Source: Gracilinanus agilis (lineage: Eukaryota). Taken from it: a stretch of 64,000 bases of DNA. The stretch covers positions 97,393,280 through 97,457,279 of the forward strand of contig NC_058135.1 in NCBI RefSeq assembly GCF_016433145.1, read 5' to 3'. Position 1 is the stretch's first letter. Each line of letters opens with the position of its first letter. Position numbers and translations under genes: made by a program. Below are positions 49,862 through 63,927 of this stretch, piece by piece. A model generated the notes under the pieces. That model was not told the origin of the DNA. It worked only from the letters and a program-made list of their open reading frames with translations, and did no database searches.

Positions 49862-49905
49862 ATTAAATAAAGTTTATAAAATTCAGCTAAATTGTTTGGT
49901 TTGTT
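49862..49905 (+). terminator. HPF1: HPF1 polyadenylation signal
   Basis: Overlapping ATTAAA/AATAAA at 49862-49871, about 200 nt after the stop, followed by GU-rich ttgtttggtttgtt at 49892-49905. Confidence 0.7.
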
Positions 49906-50139
49906 AAAATGTGTAAATAAATAGTAAAAGAATTTCTTATAGCCTAAAAGGGCAGCCAGTGGAAAGCTTTCAAAAGCTGGTGTCTTGTCTGTATGCCCGG
50001 GGACCCATACTTACCCTTCAGGGATCTTAACAAGAACCTCTTTAATAGTCTCTCCTCCCCACCCCGCCAGTTAGTCAGCCCCACCACCTGAAGGGGCTGC
50101 AGCTTCAGGGAAACTTGCCACAATGAGGTTCGGTACTAA

Positions 50140-50345
50140 TGAATAGTTCTTTTTAGGAAACTTCCTTATGCTGAACAAAATTGGCCTCTGCAACTTCAAT
50201 CTATAGTTGATGGTTCTGCTCTCTGGGGCTAAGTAGAACAAATCAATATCAATCCCTATTCTTCATGAGAGCCCTTCAATTATTTGAGGTTGGCTATCAT
50301 CCCCTCACCATCCTTCTCCAAGCTAAGATTCTTATTCATTCAGCA
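50140..50345 (-). mobile_element. L3/CR1 LINE 3' relic between the two 3' ends
   Basis: gttctgctctctggggctaagtagaacaa...agcccttcaattatttgag...ttctccaagctaa matches the recalled CR1/L3 antisense phrasing. Confidence 0.7.
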
Positions 50346-53300
50346 TGAATTTTAAGTTTCCATTTCATTTTTGCCATGAGTTATATTACCACAACTTCCC
50401 CAAGCCATTTTCATCTGTGAAATACTTGTTATGCTGCCATCAAAGTGCTAAACAGGTGGAAGAAAATATGCTACTGCACCCGTGCAGACTGCAACCACTA
50501 AACCAATCAATAAGTGCTTTGTATCCAAGTTCAACTCCAGAGAAAAGCAAAACCCCTAGAAACCACATCTTTAAGACTTGCACAAATGCATCTAAGCCTA
50601 CTAGGGGAATGGGATACTACCTGTAACTAACTCAGAAACAGTTCACCTCTCTGGGGGCAAGGAATGTCGTCTTTCTAGCTAAATATTTTCCCAGGAGTGG
50701 TGGTTACCACACTCGCCTAATACAAAAAAATCCATTATGAACTACATTTTTCTTAGTGAAAATGAAAAAGCCAACACTTTAAAATAGTTTTAGAAGTGAA
50801 AGCTTAACCTTTCTGCTTACAAACCCTGTTAAAGAGCAAACAAACAATGGCAGGAAAATATCCTTGCTGAAGCTGGATACCAACTTGCTTCTTGCCTGAA
50901 AATTAGAAAACTATTTTGAATCTTGAGAAAGGCTGTCATTTGGGGCCCACGGGAAGGGACAGTAAATTGGGCACACTAAGCCTATACTGCATAAGGAAGC
51001 AGCATGAAGTGGGAAGACTTACTGAATGTAATTAAAAGCCAACGAAAAATTGATATATAGATTTTAATAGGTTTTCTAATCAAGTCATCACAGTAATCAC
51101 TTGAACTGTGACGATATGCAGCTCTACTACACTAGTATAAATAAAAACATTTAAGATCAATATTAAGTACATATCTAGGCAACATCAGATGAACAAACTA
51201 AGCAGTCTTCATGAACCAATAACTGAAACAATTGTTCAAACCAAAGCTAAAGAGATGCTGATGCCATCACCCCTTCCTCTCACCGCCCAGCCCTGCTCAA
51301 ATGAGGAAGCGGAATAAGGCTGCAAAGATGACACTGGTAAGTCGCTTGAACAGCACAGGCACATGTATTTCACGGTCATCACTTTGGCTGAAGGAATCCC
51401 ACCCTCAACGTCTCAAGGTAGCACTGCGGACCAACCAAGCACACTTGGAGCAATTGCCCACAACACGAACATGGCATTTCCTCTGTATTTCAGCAGGAAG
51501 ACACACCAGGATGGCCAACTTTTTTTTTATTTCATGCAAAGGAATAGAATTAATGTACAGAATCATCCTGAATTATCAGATTATGAGAGGGTGCTGATGA
51601 AGACTTGGGGGGGGGGGAGGTGCAAAAACCAGAAAAGAACCTGGAAAATGAAATGGATGTCAAGTTTAGGTTCATGTTTAATCATGACGTGCCAAGAATT
51701 GGTGTTTCCTGAAATTTTTTAAAGATGGGCAGCCGTCCAAAGAAACCCATGCTGGATAGAGCACAGACAGACAGTCCAGTGTGGTAATGTCTATTAACTT
51801 TTAAAAGGTTAGAAATGTGCAAAACTGAGTCAGAAACAGTTCTGCTGACTATAGAGGTCCAAAAGAGCCACAAAGGGGTTATCTCTGAACAACAGCAGGC
51901 ATGCCACCATGGGTTTAAAAGCAACTAGAGGGAAATCATTTGCATCAAATAAGAAAGCTAACAATTCCTTGCTATGGCTTCATTGTCTCCTAAGTAGGTT
52001 ACTATTAAAGAAAATAAAGGCCTATTCCTAGGCCTGTGAACTGGACTAATTACCCCTCCAGGCTTTGGATATATCTGAATATCTGTGACGGATTTTTCAT
52101 TTCCTCAATGAAAACACATCAGCATAATACAGCTGAGTCAATCCCATGGCGGTGAGTTAACTTTTTGCGTGTTGTCTTTCCTCGTATTTTATCCCACGAT
52201 TAAGGCATATATTTTGGGGATTCCCCACCCATCCCACTGTTGTTTTTTTTTTTTTTGCTCATCCATCCTGCCAAAGAATATGATATGGGAAACTGTAAAT
52301 TCTATCCAATGCTGTAAGTAACAGTTTCACTCATTCCTAAAGAGTCTTAGCTAAAATGTTTGCTATTACAAATCCAGGGGACCATAAAATAAAATACTGG
52401 TCAATGGTCTGCAAGCATGTCTTTGTCGGTATGTAAAAAATGTTTTGCATCATTTGCAGCTTTCCAGTTAAAGTATCACTTTTCAGAAGGGAACAGACCA
52501 GAAAAGATTTCCAGGTGATGGCAGTGAAAGTTAGGAGAGACAAAGCCAATATGCATATATTATTAGATCATAAAGTAAAATAACCACAATCTCTTCTTAA
52601 ACCCTCACTCCCAATGTAAACTTTTGTTCATTCCTCCATATTTGTAAAGGAGTCTGAATTAGTCTATAAAAATCACATTAAAAAGGTAAAATTATTTAAG
52701 TGAGATATTAACTGATCAGTATTTAATAAATTTTAATCCATAAAAATATAAATAAGAATGGTAAAATTTTAAGAAAAAAATATACATTTAGTGCAAGTTA
52801 TGAATTACATTTTCTTCTTCAGTATCAGCAATGGAACATCTTCCATTGTTTCTGAGGAAAAGAAAAAATGACTGATCTAATTTCAAGAAAAAAAAGTCCA
52901 GTGTTTGTAGCATGCACTTATTAATACCAGATACAGCTATACAGAATAATTCCTTCTCTTTACGATCTGAGCAGCAATATTTCTTCCTAATGCTGCACAG
53001 CATTGGTATTAGAGTATATCAGAGTATTATCAATAATACAAAAGGTTTGCATAAGACCAGGTCACATTATCCATGAAGTCTGAGCCCCCCCCCAAAAAAA
53101 ATTCTAGTTAACCTTGAAAGTCATTTGCTTTTGTTAAATTGTTTGAAATTACAGCATACCAAATTTCATACATGCTTCATTCAAGGTTATGCCTGTTTGA
53201 TCAGCTTTTGTCAGTGTCTGTACTGCTCCAAGCATATGAGGATGTACAAACTACATGTTTAATGGCACAAGAAACACTCCCTTCTTGTGATGAAACCTCA

Positions 53301-53867
53301 GTAAAATCACAGTACATCTCAATATGAGAAAGGAGTGCTTCAAAAGGGCACACCAATTTTAAAGAGGCTTTGTTACAGAGCTCAGGAGAGAGAGAAATCA
53401 ACATCTTCTGGAATGTAGAAAGGTGATGCATTTCAACAACTATACATTTCAGGAGTTAAACACAACAGTTCAATGGTTAAAAAAGGGGAAGGGTGCAAGG
53501 GGAAGACATTGCAGTCTCAAAGATGGCTCAATTCAAAGTGATCCCTCCAGAAACAGGGACTAGGAACATGTCTTTTCAATTCTAGAGTTCCAGGCTAGGT
53601 GGTGGAGAGCTCCCTCCTGCTCCGCTGATGCTGCACTATCATGGCAGATCGGACATAGAACGCATCCAGTGCAGAACGATTCGAGTCGATGGGCTGTTGC
53701 TCCTTGTTGGACGGTGAAAACGTGATTCTCTTTTCTCTCTCTGCTCTCCCTCCCCAAACCAACTCCTAATCCCAGCAGTATGGTTTGCAAACTGTGTTGC
53801 CAAAGCCTGGCTCCTCACACACTGCCTGGTTTCGAAAAAAAAGAAAAATGCCGCAGATTCCCTCAGA

Positions 53868-54250
<383 letters not shown>

Positions 54251-55743
54251 TCACTAATAGTGTGGTCTCCTTCCCACCAAGACACACACACAGACATCCA
54301 TGCCCCACTGGAGAGCTCATTTATTTGGCTTCCACAGAATGAAATTTTGATCAATGTATGCCAACAAAAAAGGAACCAAAGAGGAGGAATAAAACAGAAC
54401 AAAACAAAACAACCAGAAGTATGAATAGAAAATGGCATCTATCCCATCTGGAAGAAAGGCATCAAGATAGTAGTAAAATGTTTTGATAGCCAAATTATTT
54501 CCCGCCTTTTTGAAATTGTCAATAAATTCCCAGTCACCCCCCCAATTTATTTTGGGTTGTCCAGATATTAAGATGCTATCTTCATGAAAGCACATACATT
54601 TGAGATCAAAATACATAGAAGAGTCCCTACAGAACTTGGTTTCCAAGCTTCAGAACTTTCCCTTTCTCCCCCCAGAAACATAGCTGACACCCCAAGGGTT
54701 CTCCCGTGCTCATCAATGTTTGCCTTTCTTTACTTTGGTCAAAGAATTCAATTACAGTGCTTTTATGAAAATCTTTGTTGTTAGCTTATATTAAAAGTTA
54801 AGTGAAAAATCAAGGCATAAAGCAACCCTAAAAGGTATTATTATCACAGGAGAAGCAGAAGCGGAATGAATGAGCAGCTGTGCACATTATTCTGGTTAGT
54901 ACTTGGTGGTTGTTTTTTAAAAGGATGCATGAAACACTTGTGAAATATTAGCATACAACAGGAATACGTAATAAGTTGTGCGCTTAAGCAGCAAATTGGG
55001 TGGACAGACTTAATACAGGTATGACTACTGCAGGGAAAAGACAACTTCTAAGGGATAATTAAGGTGAAATAACAAAACTGTTCTTAGTTAACACAACAGC
55101 CAGGACATGAAGCCAGTAAAAACAAAAGTGCGTTTGACCTCAGGAGGGGATCAGGGGATACTGGAAACATGTACATGGATCAAGGTACAATTCAGTAATG
55201 AAATGGCAGGACATACATTGACTCACCAAAAGAAAAAGAATTCGTTCCTTTTAAAAAGACATGACTTGGAAGGTTATGGTGCAGGGCAGGATGGGACTAA
55301 TGACTACTAACAAACACCCGCAAATTGTGCTCTGGTTGGATAAGGGACCAAAGACCACCAGGGACTTTTCTTTTGCCCTGATCAGCAATCCTTACATTGC
55401 TAAGATCAGTAAAAAAGGAATTCAATAGACTTGTTTTCAATGCAAGAACATTATTGACTGGGGAAGAACCTCTTCTAGCCAGGCTTCTTCTAAACCTGGT
55501 GCACCCACTAAACCAAGATGACTGCCAGGGGTCGTCTTTAGAATCTCCAATACCACTTTACACCTTTAATTTCTTGCATCGCATACAGCATGACTAACAA
55601 TTTTGATGAGAGAAGTAGCTGTGGCTTAATTTCTAGGCGTGGAATGGCATACATTTCCAAGTTTATTTTACAATTACAATTTGTCTGAAACAAATACAAA
55701 TTGATCGCACAGTGTGATTTTGGTTGTTCAGCAGGTTTCAGGG

Positions 55744-55923
55744 NNNNNNNNNNNNNNNNNNNNNNNNNNNNNNNNNNNNNNNNNNNNNNNNNNNNNNNNN
55801 NNNNNNNNNNNNNNNNNNNNNNNNNNNNNNNNNNNNNNNNNNNNNNNNNNNNNNNNNNNNNNNNNNNNNNNNNNNNNNNNNNNNNNNNNNNNNNNNNNNN
55901 NNNNNNNNNNNNNNNNNNNNNNN
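55744..55923. other. Assembly gap, 180 N, in the last CLCN3 intron
   Basis: Counted from the sequence. Confidence 1.
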
Positions 55924-56905
55924 TAATAACTGTGCAGGAAATTAAATGAAAGAAAAAAGGTTCCAATCATAATGACCAAGAATTAGAGAAAGAAAAATGA
56001 AAACATGAACTGTAAGAATACTCTTAATGATAAAAGTTAGAAAATTTTTTAAAATGAAAATGCCATTTAAATTAGACTCCTACTTTCTTTACAAAATAAC
56101 AAAATGTTTTTAAAACAGTCAAAAACAAAACCAAAGTCAAAAGAAATACAGGCAAACATCCAAGATGAATGGAAAGAAAGCTAAACAATTAGCCTAAAGA
56201 TTTATATGTGTTTCACGTGCCTCTCAGAATAAAATCCAAATGTTAGCATAATATTTCTTTTCCTTAAAATAGGAAAAAGAAAGTTTTCTCATTTCCAGGA
56301 TAAACAGGCAGCAACGATTTAAAGCAACCTCAGTAACAGAAGGAAGAAAAAGGACTCGGGACCGTAAAAGGATGCTATGATTTTAATATCAACTGGACTT
56401 TAGCTCGTAGTGGACACTCAAAAGATGTTTTTAATAGACAACCATACTAACTTTCAAGTATTTGGGGTAAATCATTTCTTATTCAAGTCTTATGCCAAGA
56501 TCCTAGAATTCTGATGGTGTCAAACTGAAAATGCATTTCTAAAAACCATTCCATTCTCTGTTCAATATAAAAATGAACACATTTAAGCAAAGCTAATGAA
56601 ATTAGTTTGACACAGATGGACAAATTTCTGACTGCTTATATATCATCATATAAAACAAATATACAATTGTTTTGTTCTCTAGTGTAGTTCCATGGGTTTA
56701 ACCATAGTCCCCGAGTATGTATATTGGAAAACAAAACTCTTGTTTATGTGCCTATTAGTTGCTTACTCAGCAAATCCAAGTATTTGTATCATTCAAATTA
56801 AATGTCTCCCTGCCTGATTACTTCTGTTCTCAATTATCTGGCAAAACCTCAGAATACCTGGTTATAAGACCTTTGGAGTAACATGTACTCTAAAAAGCAA
56901 AGAGG

Positions 56906-57078
56906 AGGGAACAGCTAGTTGGTTCAGACTGAGAGCCAGGCCTAGCGCAGGGAGGTCCTGGGGTCATATCTGGCCTCGAAACACTTCCTAGCTGCTGCAT
57001 GACTTGGTATGAGTCTTCTGCCTTGGAACTGATACAGAGTACTGATTCAAAGTCAGAAGGTACAGGTTTTTTAAAAAA
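56906..57078 (+). mobile_element. SINE1_Mdo-type SINE, internally deleted
   Basis: gggaacagctagttggttcagactgagagccaggcctag...cttctgccttggaactgatacagagtactgattc. Confidence 0.8.
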
Positions 57079-57855
57079 GCGAATCAAGAAGCAATATTCT
57101 TAGAAAATTAACTCATTAGAATGAGCTAAGGAGTATCAGAGACATGAAAATGTGGGGAAAACTCTCAAATCAATTGTGATTTATGAATTTTGCAAAGGGA
57201 GAGGAAATGGCATATTAAGTACAGGTAAGGAATATATGTCTTCTCTTTCTAGTAAAGCAGTATCATAAGAAATTGTCACTATTAAAAACAAATAATAGCT
57301 ATCAAAACAGGGTTTGTGAGCCATTAGTGCATTCTCTGAAGGTGCTAAAAGAGGCTTTTCCTTAATTTTCTGAAGTTCCTTTGGTATTCAGGCAAACATC
57401 AAATGGGATCTTGGGCAGAGAAACATCTGTAACCGTTCTCCTGATGACAGAATGAACAGTCTAGTTTCCTGCATGTTTTATCCAAAGTACTATTACAATT
57501 CTCCAACTCTTGAGAATCTGGTATGAACTATGAGAATATTGAGAAATACTTGGAACCTCAGTGTGGAAAAGCACTAAATTTCCGCCTACGCTTTGTGACT
57601 ATGATTTACTTTTCTTTCATTTTTTCATTTCTGCCCTAAGTTGAAGATAAAACATATCTTCTCCATTAACACCTTACACAACTCACAGGAATGAATTAGG
57701 AAACAGCTATAAATTTAAGAGCTTAGACTAGTTGGTCTTTGAGGCCTCTTCCAGTCCTGGATATATGATATCTAAAGTAAATGCCCCCAGACTGGCCACT
57801 TATAAACACATATGCATATCAGCATTCTCAAAGACCAAATTAGGGAAAGTGCACA

Positions 57856-57943
57856 TGTGTGTGCATGTGTGTGTGTGGGTGTGTGTGGGTGTGTAGGGGG
57901 AGAAAGAAAGGAAAGAGGAGAGGGGGAGGGGGAGGGGAGAGAG
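57856..57943. repeat. (TG)n microsatellite followed by a G/A purine tract
   Basis: Direct inspection. Confidence 0.9.
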
Positions 57944-58458
57944 ATTGAGATTTCTTACATGTTTGTTTAGTTTTCTGAAAAGGCCTCATAGTTTTTACCC
58001 TCTCATTTTATATAATAATGCAATCCAATTTTCCTAATGGAGAACTTATCAGCAAATGAAATATGAAAATTAAATGAGGTAGGTCATGGTCAATACATTA
58101 TGTACTTATTATATATGTGAAGTGGTCATGCCAAGCAGAGTATTTATGGGAATTACTGATCATAACAGAACTTCAAATGCTAACTACTACCATGAATTTG
58201 TGGCCAAAAAAGCTTCTGAAACATTTTCCCTAGTTAGTATGTTTGTTCTTTAAGCAAAATCTAACAGTACAGTTAGGCATGCTTAACAGGTATCTTACTG
58301 TACATCTCCTTTCCAATCAGGATATGCAACATTCAAAAATCTAACTTCTAGATTTTAACTGATAGTCTTTCAAGTAATTTCTTTCCAGTTTTACTATGTG
58401 ACACTTCAGTTGCCTAATACTGGCTCTGAGCACAGTGGGCAGGGATGAGATAGAATTT

Positions 58459-58638
58459 CTTTTTTTAAACCCTTAACTTCTGTGTATTGGCTCCTTGGTG
58501 GAAGAGTGGTAAGGGTGGGCAATGGGGGTCAAGTGACTTCCCCAGGGTCACACAGCTGGGAAGTGTCTGAGGCCAGATTTACTAGAGCCTCCTGTCTCTA
58601 GGCCTGAGTCTCAATCCACTGAGCTACCCAGCTGCCCC
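58459..58638 (-). mobile_element. SINE1_Mdo short-tail subtype with perfect 14-bp TSD
   Basis: atgagatagaattt at 58445-58458 and 58640-58653; tail ccaaggagccaatacacagaagttaagggtttaaaa on the - strand. Confidence 0.92.
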
Positions 58639-60263
58639 AATGAGATAGAATTTTAAGTCTGATTCTGCATTGCTTATCTAACCCAAGTCCTGCTGGCACA
58701 CATACACAAGAATACTCTTTATCTGACCTTCCTTTTTGACTGAAGTGCCAATTTTCTGTTGCCAAACCGGATTTTGGGGCAGAACAATTTGGCAATTACC
58801 ACTTTACTGCATAGTAACATTTCTTCCCTGGTCACATCCTAGGAACTCCAACCCATTTGCTTTTTATATCTATAAATTCGCTTTCTATACATCGTCTTCA
58901 AAACATTATTCTCCAACTCCAAGGACCTAGTTTGTCCTGATTTTCATGGTCCCTAAAGAGCATTGTTTAATGTCTCCAACAGTTTAATATTACAAACAAT
59001 TCCTCGCTTTAAAGCAGAGGGCACTAGGATTAGGAGAGGTGAGGAGCCAGATAGGCTACAAAAGCTCATACAATAAGGGATACTTTTACTAATATTTTTA
59101 TACAAAAACATTTTAACGTCGGAAAATTCTGCTTAACGTGGCGCATATTTTCCCCCTTGTAAACCACACAGATTATTAATAAAGATCAAAGTCCTAGTAA
59201 CTATAATGAACAGGAGGATCTAATTTTCAAACCTTATCTAATCTTATCTCAGTTCTGGTTCAGAGGTTAGTTTGTACACCAGTTTCTCCTTTATAGCCCT
59301 CTAACCACTTCAATTTTTTGGCTACTCTACTGATTTTCAGCATGTCTACTCAGTTACAATGCTTATAAGAATGTAAATCCAAGTTTTATGTGCCACTGAC
59401 CCACAGTAATCTTCCAGAGGCTCTAGCTCCTCTCTAGATATGTTAAACTATAAAACCGAGGTTGGATTTCCATACTATTGAGATGAGGCAGGTTATATGA
59501 GAGAAAAGGGCCAAGTAGGGAGAGGTAGTCAAGAAATGTGAAAATAATGCACACTGAAAGGAGGGGAAGGAGATAAGGCTAAAGGAAATGCCCCGGTCCA
59601 AGAAAATAGCAGCGCACTTAAGGGCATGTGGGGCCAAAGAGAAATATTAGTGCTCTGATCTGCAAAGCCCCCGTGAACTACTTAGGTGTTTTGATGACTA
59701 ATCTGACAAATATTCAACCATTAGGAAAATAAGAGGAAAGTAAAATTTTGCTGCTCATTAGTGGCTTTTATAAAAGATTCTCCAAGGTAGCAGGGAGTGA
59801 GAAGACAGGAAAAGAAATGTAAAATCTTGGTTAAGATGAAATGTTTGGTTAATCCATGAATTTTCTTTAGTCAAATACTCCCTACCCTGCATCACTTATG
59901 CTAAACAAAGCTGAAATAGAAACCTTAATAATTTTGTGAGACAACCATGGAAAAATTAAGCACTGGCCAAAAAAAAATGTTTTTTTCAGGGTTCTATATG
60001 GATTAACTGTAGGTCCAGATGTTTCCTGATAATAGGAATTCTCATCTATGTTCAATCAAACTTAACTTTAGGCTATTTATGTTACATTCCCAGGTAAGCA
60101 GGAATCTGACTGCTCACCAATGAAATTCCAGGGGAAAAAACATGGTACATTCCATCTGAAAGGCAGCTGAACTTTGCCCTCCAAAGTGGCCTCCACAAAA
60201 GAGGCCAAAGACTTGTCTCTTCTGTTCTAGCTGGTGGCTTGACTTTCTTGGTACCAGACTTAC

Positions 60264-60480
60264 CCATTGTGTGTTACAAGGCACTGCCTCAGACCCAGCT
60301 TGCGGAAAATATCCACCACAATCTCCATGGGGGTGTGGTCAGTTACGGTGAATGGGCTCATGTCTAGAATGCTTCGTAGTTTCAGGGGCCGAGGACTTTC
60401 TGCTGGAAGAGATGGGGTATGCTGGGCAAAACAAACACGGGAGCTGCCAACAATACCTTCTTGCTTTTTCCTGGCACTTT
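60264..60480 (-). CDS. CLCN3: CLCN3 coding exon (linker to CBS2; human exon 12 equivalent)
   Basis: cttttcag| acceptor, |gtaagt donor, 217 nt; [73 protein letters not shown]. Confidence 0.98.
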
Positions 60481-61324
60481 CTGAAAAGACAGAAGAGAAC
60501 AAAAAATACAAATGAAGAATAAGGCTGGTCATATAAGCAACCTGCTTATCCAGTACTAAAAAGAAAATTCATGATTCTTCATGTTTCCTGACTAACAAAG
60601 AAACCGAGTTCAGAAGCTGGTCAAACTTTGATGGGTGGAGTACTGCTACTTAATTATTATTTTTTAAATCCTACTTTGCCTTATGAAGCAAGGTATTATT
60701 GGTGAATTTTCAAAGTTGGCTATGAAATAGTGCAAACAGCAAATAGGAACCTGGGCTTTTACTGGTATAAGGAACTTCTAGGAGAGAGGACTCCCTCTCA
60801 ATGCAGGCTGACACTGTGTCTCCAGCATACAGTTTAATCCATCCCCCTAAGAATAACATCATTTATTAATAGGGGTAAGAAAGCAATTAACAAAAGATGG
60901 GTCCATCCTGTCAGCCCAACTCTCTTTTACAAGGATCTGTAGCCTCTTTGGACTTCTCCTGGCAGTCCCAATAGGTGGATATTCTGAAAGAGCAGGTGGC
61001 CCTGGAGATCGTGGCTCCTCCCCTATTACAGCATCACAGGAGGGAGGGCATGCTACTCTTCAGGTGGGTGGATCATGACCCAGCTAGGGGAAACACTAGG
61101 GCTCTAAGAGGCATAATGTGATTGGCAAAAGTTAACAAACTCGGTACATGTCAGAGAATTCAGGTCTTCCTGGCTTTAAGACAAATCCTCTATCCATTAC
61201 TTCAGTCTGCTTTTCTTGTATTCAACATAGTTAGCTACATTTTCATGGAAAAATACAAACACAAAGCAGATATTCTGAAGGGTTTACATTCAAAGAGGGG
61301 AAAAACTGTCAGTCATCGTCTTTT

Positions 61325-61528
61325 ATTTTTTTAAAATTTCTTACCTTCTATCTTAGAATCAATACTCTGTAATGGTTCTAAGGCAAAAGAGGGGCAAGGA
61401 GTAGACAATAGGGATCAAGTGACATGCCTAGGGTCACACAGTGAGGAAATGTATGAGGCCACATTTGAATCCAGGGCTTCCCATCTCCAAGCCTGGCTCT
61501 CTATCCCCTGAGTCACCTAACTGGCCCC
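61325..61528 (-). mobile_element. SINE1_Mdo-type SINE
   Basis: cttaccttctatcttagaatcaatact...ctctatcccctgagtcacctaactggcccc. Confidence 0.8.
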
Positions 61529-61779
61529 AGTCAATATATTCTTTATAAAGAGTAGGTGAGAGGTAGCATATTAGTGGCTGTCAATACAATAATACAACAT
61601 TATCAATTTTTTTAAAGAAACAAGTTCATAGATCTCAGGTTAAGAGAACTGTCTGGGCATTGAGAGGTTAAGTGATTTATCCAGGGTCACAAGGTCAGTC
61701 AAAGGCAAAATCTGAGCACTTCCTTTACTCTGATGACTTTCTTATCTTCTATGCCACATCAACTCTCATAGGGAGAATA

Positions 61780-62720
61780 TTAGTCTTTTTTTAAAAACAT
61801 CTGCCATCTCCCAGCTATCCTCTCCTCTATAGAAATCTCTCTTGTAATAAAAAGTTCACCTAAAGAAAACAAATACCTAATGATCACATCTAACCATATA
61901 TGCACCATTAGATACCTATACTCTACAACTTTTCCCACTTCATCGCCAGTCCCTTCATCATCAGCAGTCAAGACAGGTTAGTGAACTGATTTGAGCTCTA
62001 AGTCTTTTCATGTTGTTTTTTCTTAATTACGTATACAGTTCTCCTTATTCTGTTTACTTTGCTCTACAACAGTTCATGTAAGTCAAATCAAGTACTTTGA
62101 ATTCCTATTTCTTATAGTACATTCCAGGACATTTACTAATGTAAGAATGGGACTTGTGTTCTTATACTAAACATACTTTGTTCAGAAACCCCCAACAGAA
62201 AGGCTGTCACTCCATTTCATTTCTTGTTACCATAAAAGTGCTATTATAAATATTGTGGTATATCTATTTTCCTTCTAACTTTAATATCTTTGGGATGAAT
62301 GCCCAGCAATGAGTTTTAAAATAAATGCCCAGCAACTCACTCTGGGTAAAAGGGGAGAAAGAATTAAATTTCTTTTTTACTATAGGTTAAAATTGTTTTC
62401 TAGACTAAGTAGACCAATTCATGGTTTCACCAACAACTCGTTAGTCTTTCCATATCACATCCACTACCAATTATGTCTGTTTTTTATCATCTTTGCCAAT
62501 CTGCTATGGATAGGGTAAAACCTCAGTTGTTTTCATTTTTGTTTTCTCTTATTAATAACTTGGAACATTTTCAATATAGTTTTTGATCACTTGTACTTCA
62601 TTTTCTAAAAACATCAGCTCATGTTCTTTAACCTATTTGGTATGCATCCCCTCCACTTAATCAATAGGTTCTATTCTTATTTACAATTACACTAATTTTG
62701 CAATTTCTTTTACTTTCCTT
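61780..62720 (-). mobile_element. Old L1 3' fragments in CLCN3 intron
   Basis: Antisense L1 ORF2-end phrases, e.g. catctttgccaatctg...aaacctcagttgttttcattt. Confidence 0.55.
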
Positions 62721-63528
62721 TGGCTATCACTAATACCTGAAGAAAGGGAGTCAGTGGATGCACTTCTATGAAGAAATAGGAAATTTCTATCTCAAAAACC
62801 AAGGGAAATTTTCATTTTACATAGAAAGGCCATCCCCTCTCCAAGTTTGAGTACAATGACCATTATTAGATCTAGTCACCACATTCCATTTCTTAAACCA
62901 TACTTTGGCACACTTAACCTTCTCTAAGACTCCCTGGGGACAAATAAACCAGGACTGCAACCTGAAACCAAATCTTCCACCTTCCCTTTCCCTAAGACAC
63001 AAAAGCTGGTTGCTAGAAAATTACCTATCTTCAATCTAGCATTTGATCAGAACAATCAGAATTTCCTCTTTTGGAGCTATCTATTCAAGTCGATACAATA
63101 AATCTAAATCATAAGCTTAATGGAAAAGCCTATTTAATTTGAAGTTCGAGGGAAGAGATCAAAGAACATGGATAGAGTTTAGGTTATCTAACAATTTAAT
63201 TTTTTTAAAAAGCATTATGTAGCTAGCTGAAGAAGAGCTGCTGGTTAAATTACAGAGTACTATGAATAATTCATATCAGCTTACTCAGTTTTACTCTATT
63301 TCCATTTATTAAAGAAAATGTGCCTCCTATCTCTAATGATAGACATTACTGATGAGAATAAACTCTATTTGGTAGAAATAAAACTTGTGAGAGAATACAA
63401 TTTTCCTTGGGGAGAAAAAATAGATTTTAGAGTTCATCAATATGGCACTGGTTCAATGAACACAATCTATTTCTTTTTTAAACAAATACAAACAAGAAAA
63501 CAGCCTTAAAATATTGAAAAATTATTAC

Positions 63529-63927
63529 CTATTGCAATAGTCAAGTCCCTTCTGAGGGCAAATCCCACTAGTCTCTGAGATTCTTTTGACATTATGACAG
63601 GAAAACCATTATAGCTGGTCTCGTTGATCATATTTTCTATGTCATCCACTGTCATGTTATCTTGTGTCAGGACAGCAAGAGGTGGATCACTTCTTCGAGG
63701 TCTCATGACATCAGCTGCTAGTGTTGTGTGGGTGAATTCTTCCTTCGCATCCAAGAAAGGATATCCATTCAATCGGATGTGTGCTTCATAAATGCCTTCC
63801 CTACCAAAGGCATCACCTACCCATTTACTGGTCATTACTGCAGCCATGAGGGGCACAATATATTCCAGGCCACCAGTAAGCTCAAAAACAATAACCACCA
63901 GAGATACGGTCATTCTTGTCACACCAC
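63529..63927 (-). CDS. CLCN3: CLCN3 coding exon (last TM helices to CBS1; human exon 11 equivalent)
   Basis: tttacag| acceptor, |gtaata donor, 399 nt; [60 protein letters not shown]...[31 protein letters not shown]. Confidence 0.98.

Noticed and set aside
51376-51382. Box C motif GTGATGA on the - strand in the CLCN3 3' region
   Set aside because: No box D with a terminal stem at a suitable distance
54693-54712. Partial resemblance (gaacccttg on the - strand) to the end of the ClC-3B cassette exon
   Set aside because: No GT immediately after, and the upstream translation does not match the cassette peptide
55538-55979. ORFs containing long X runs (also 2712-2981 and 17115-17392)
   Set aside because: Artefacts of translating through N gaps
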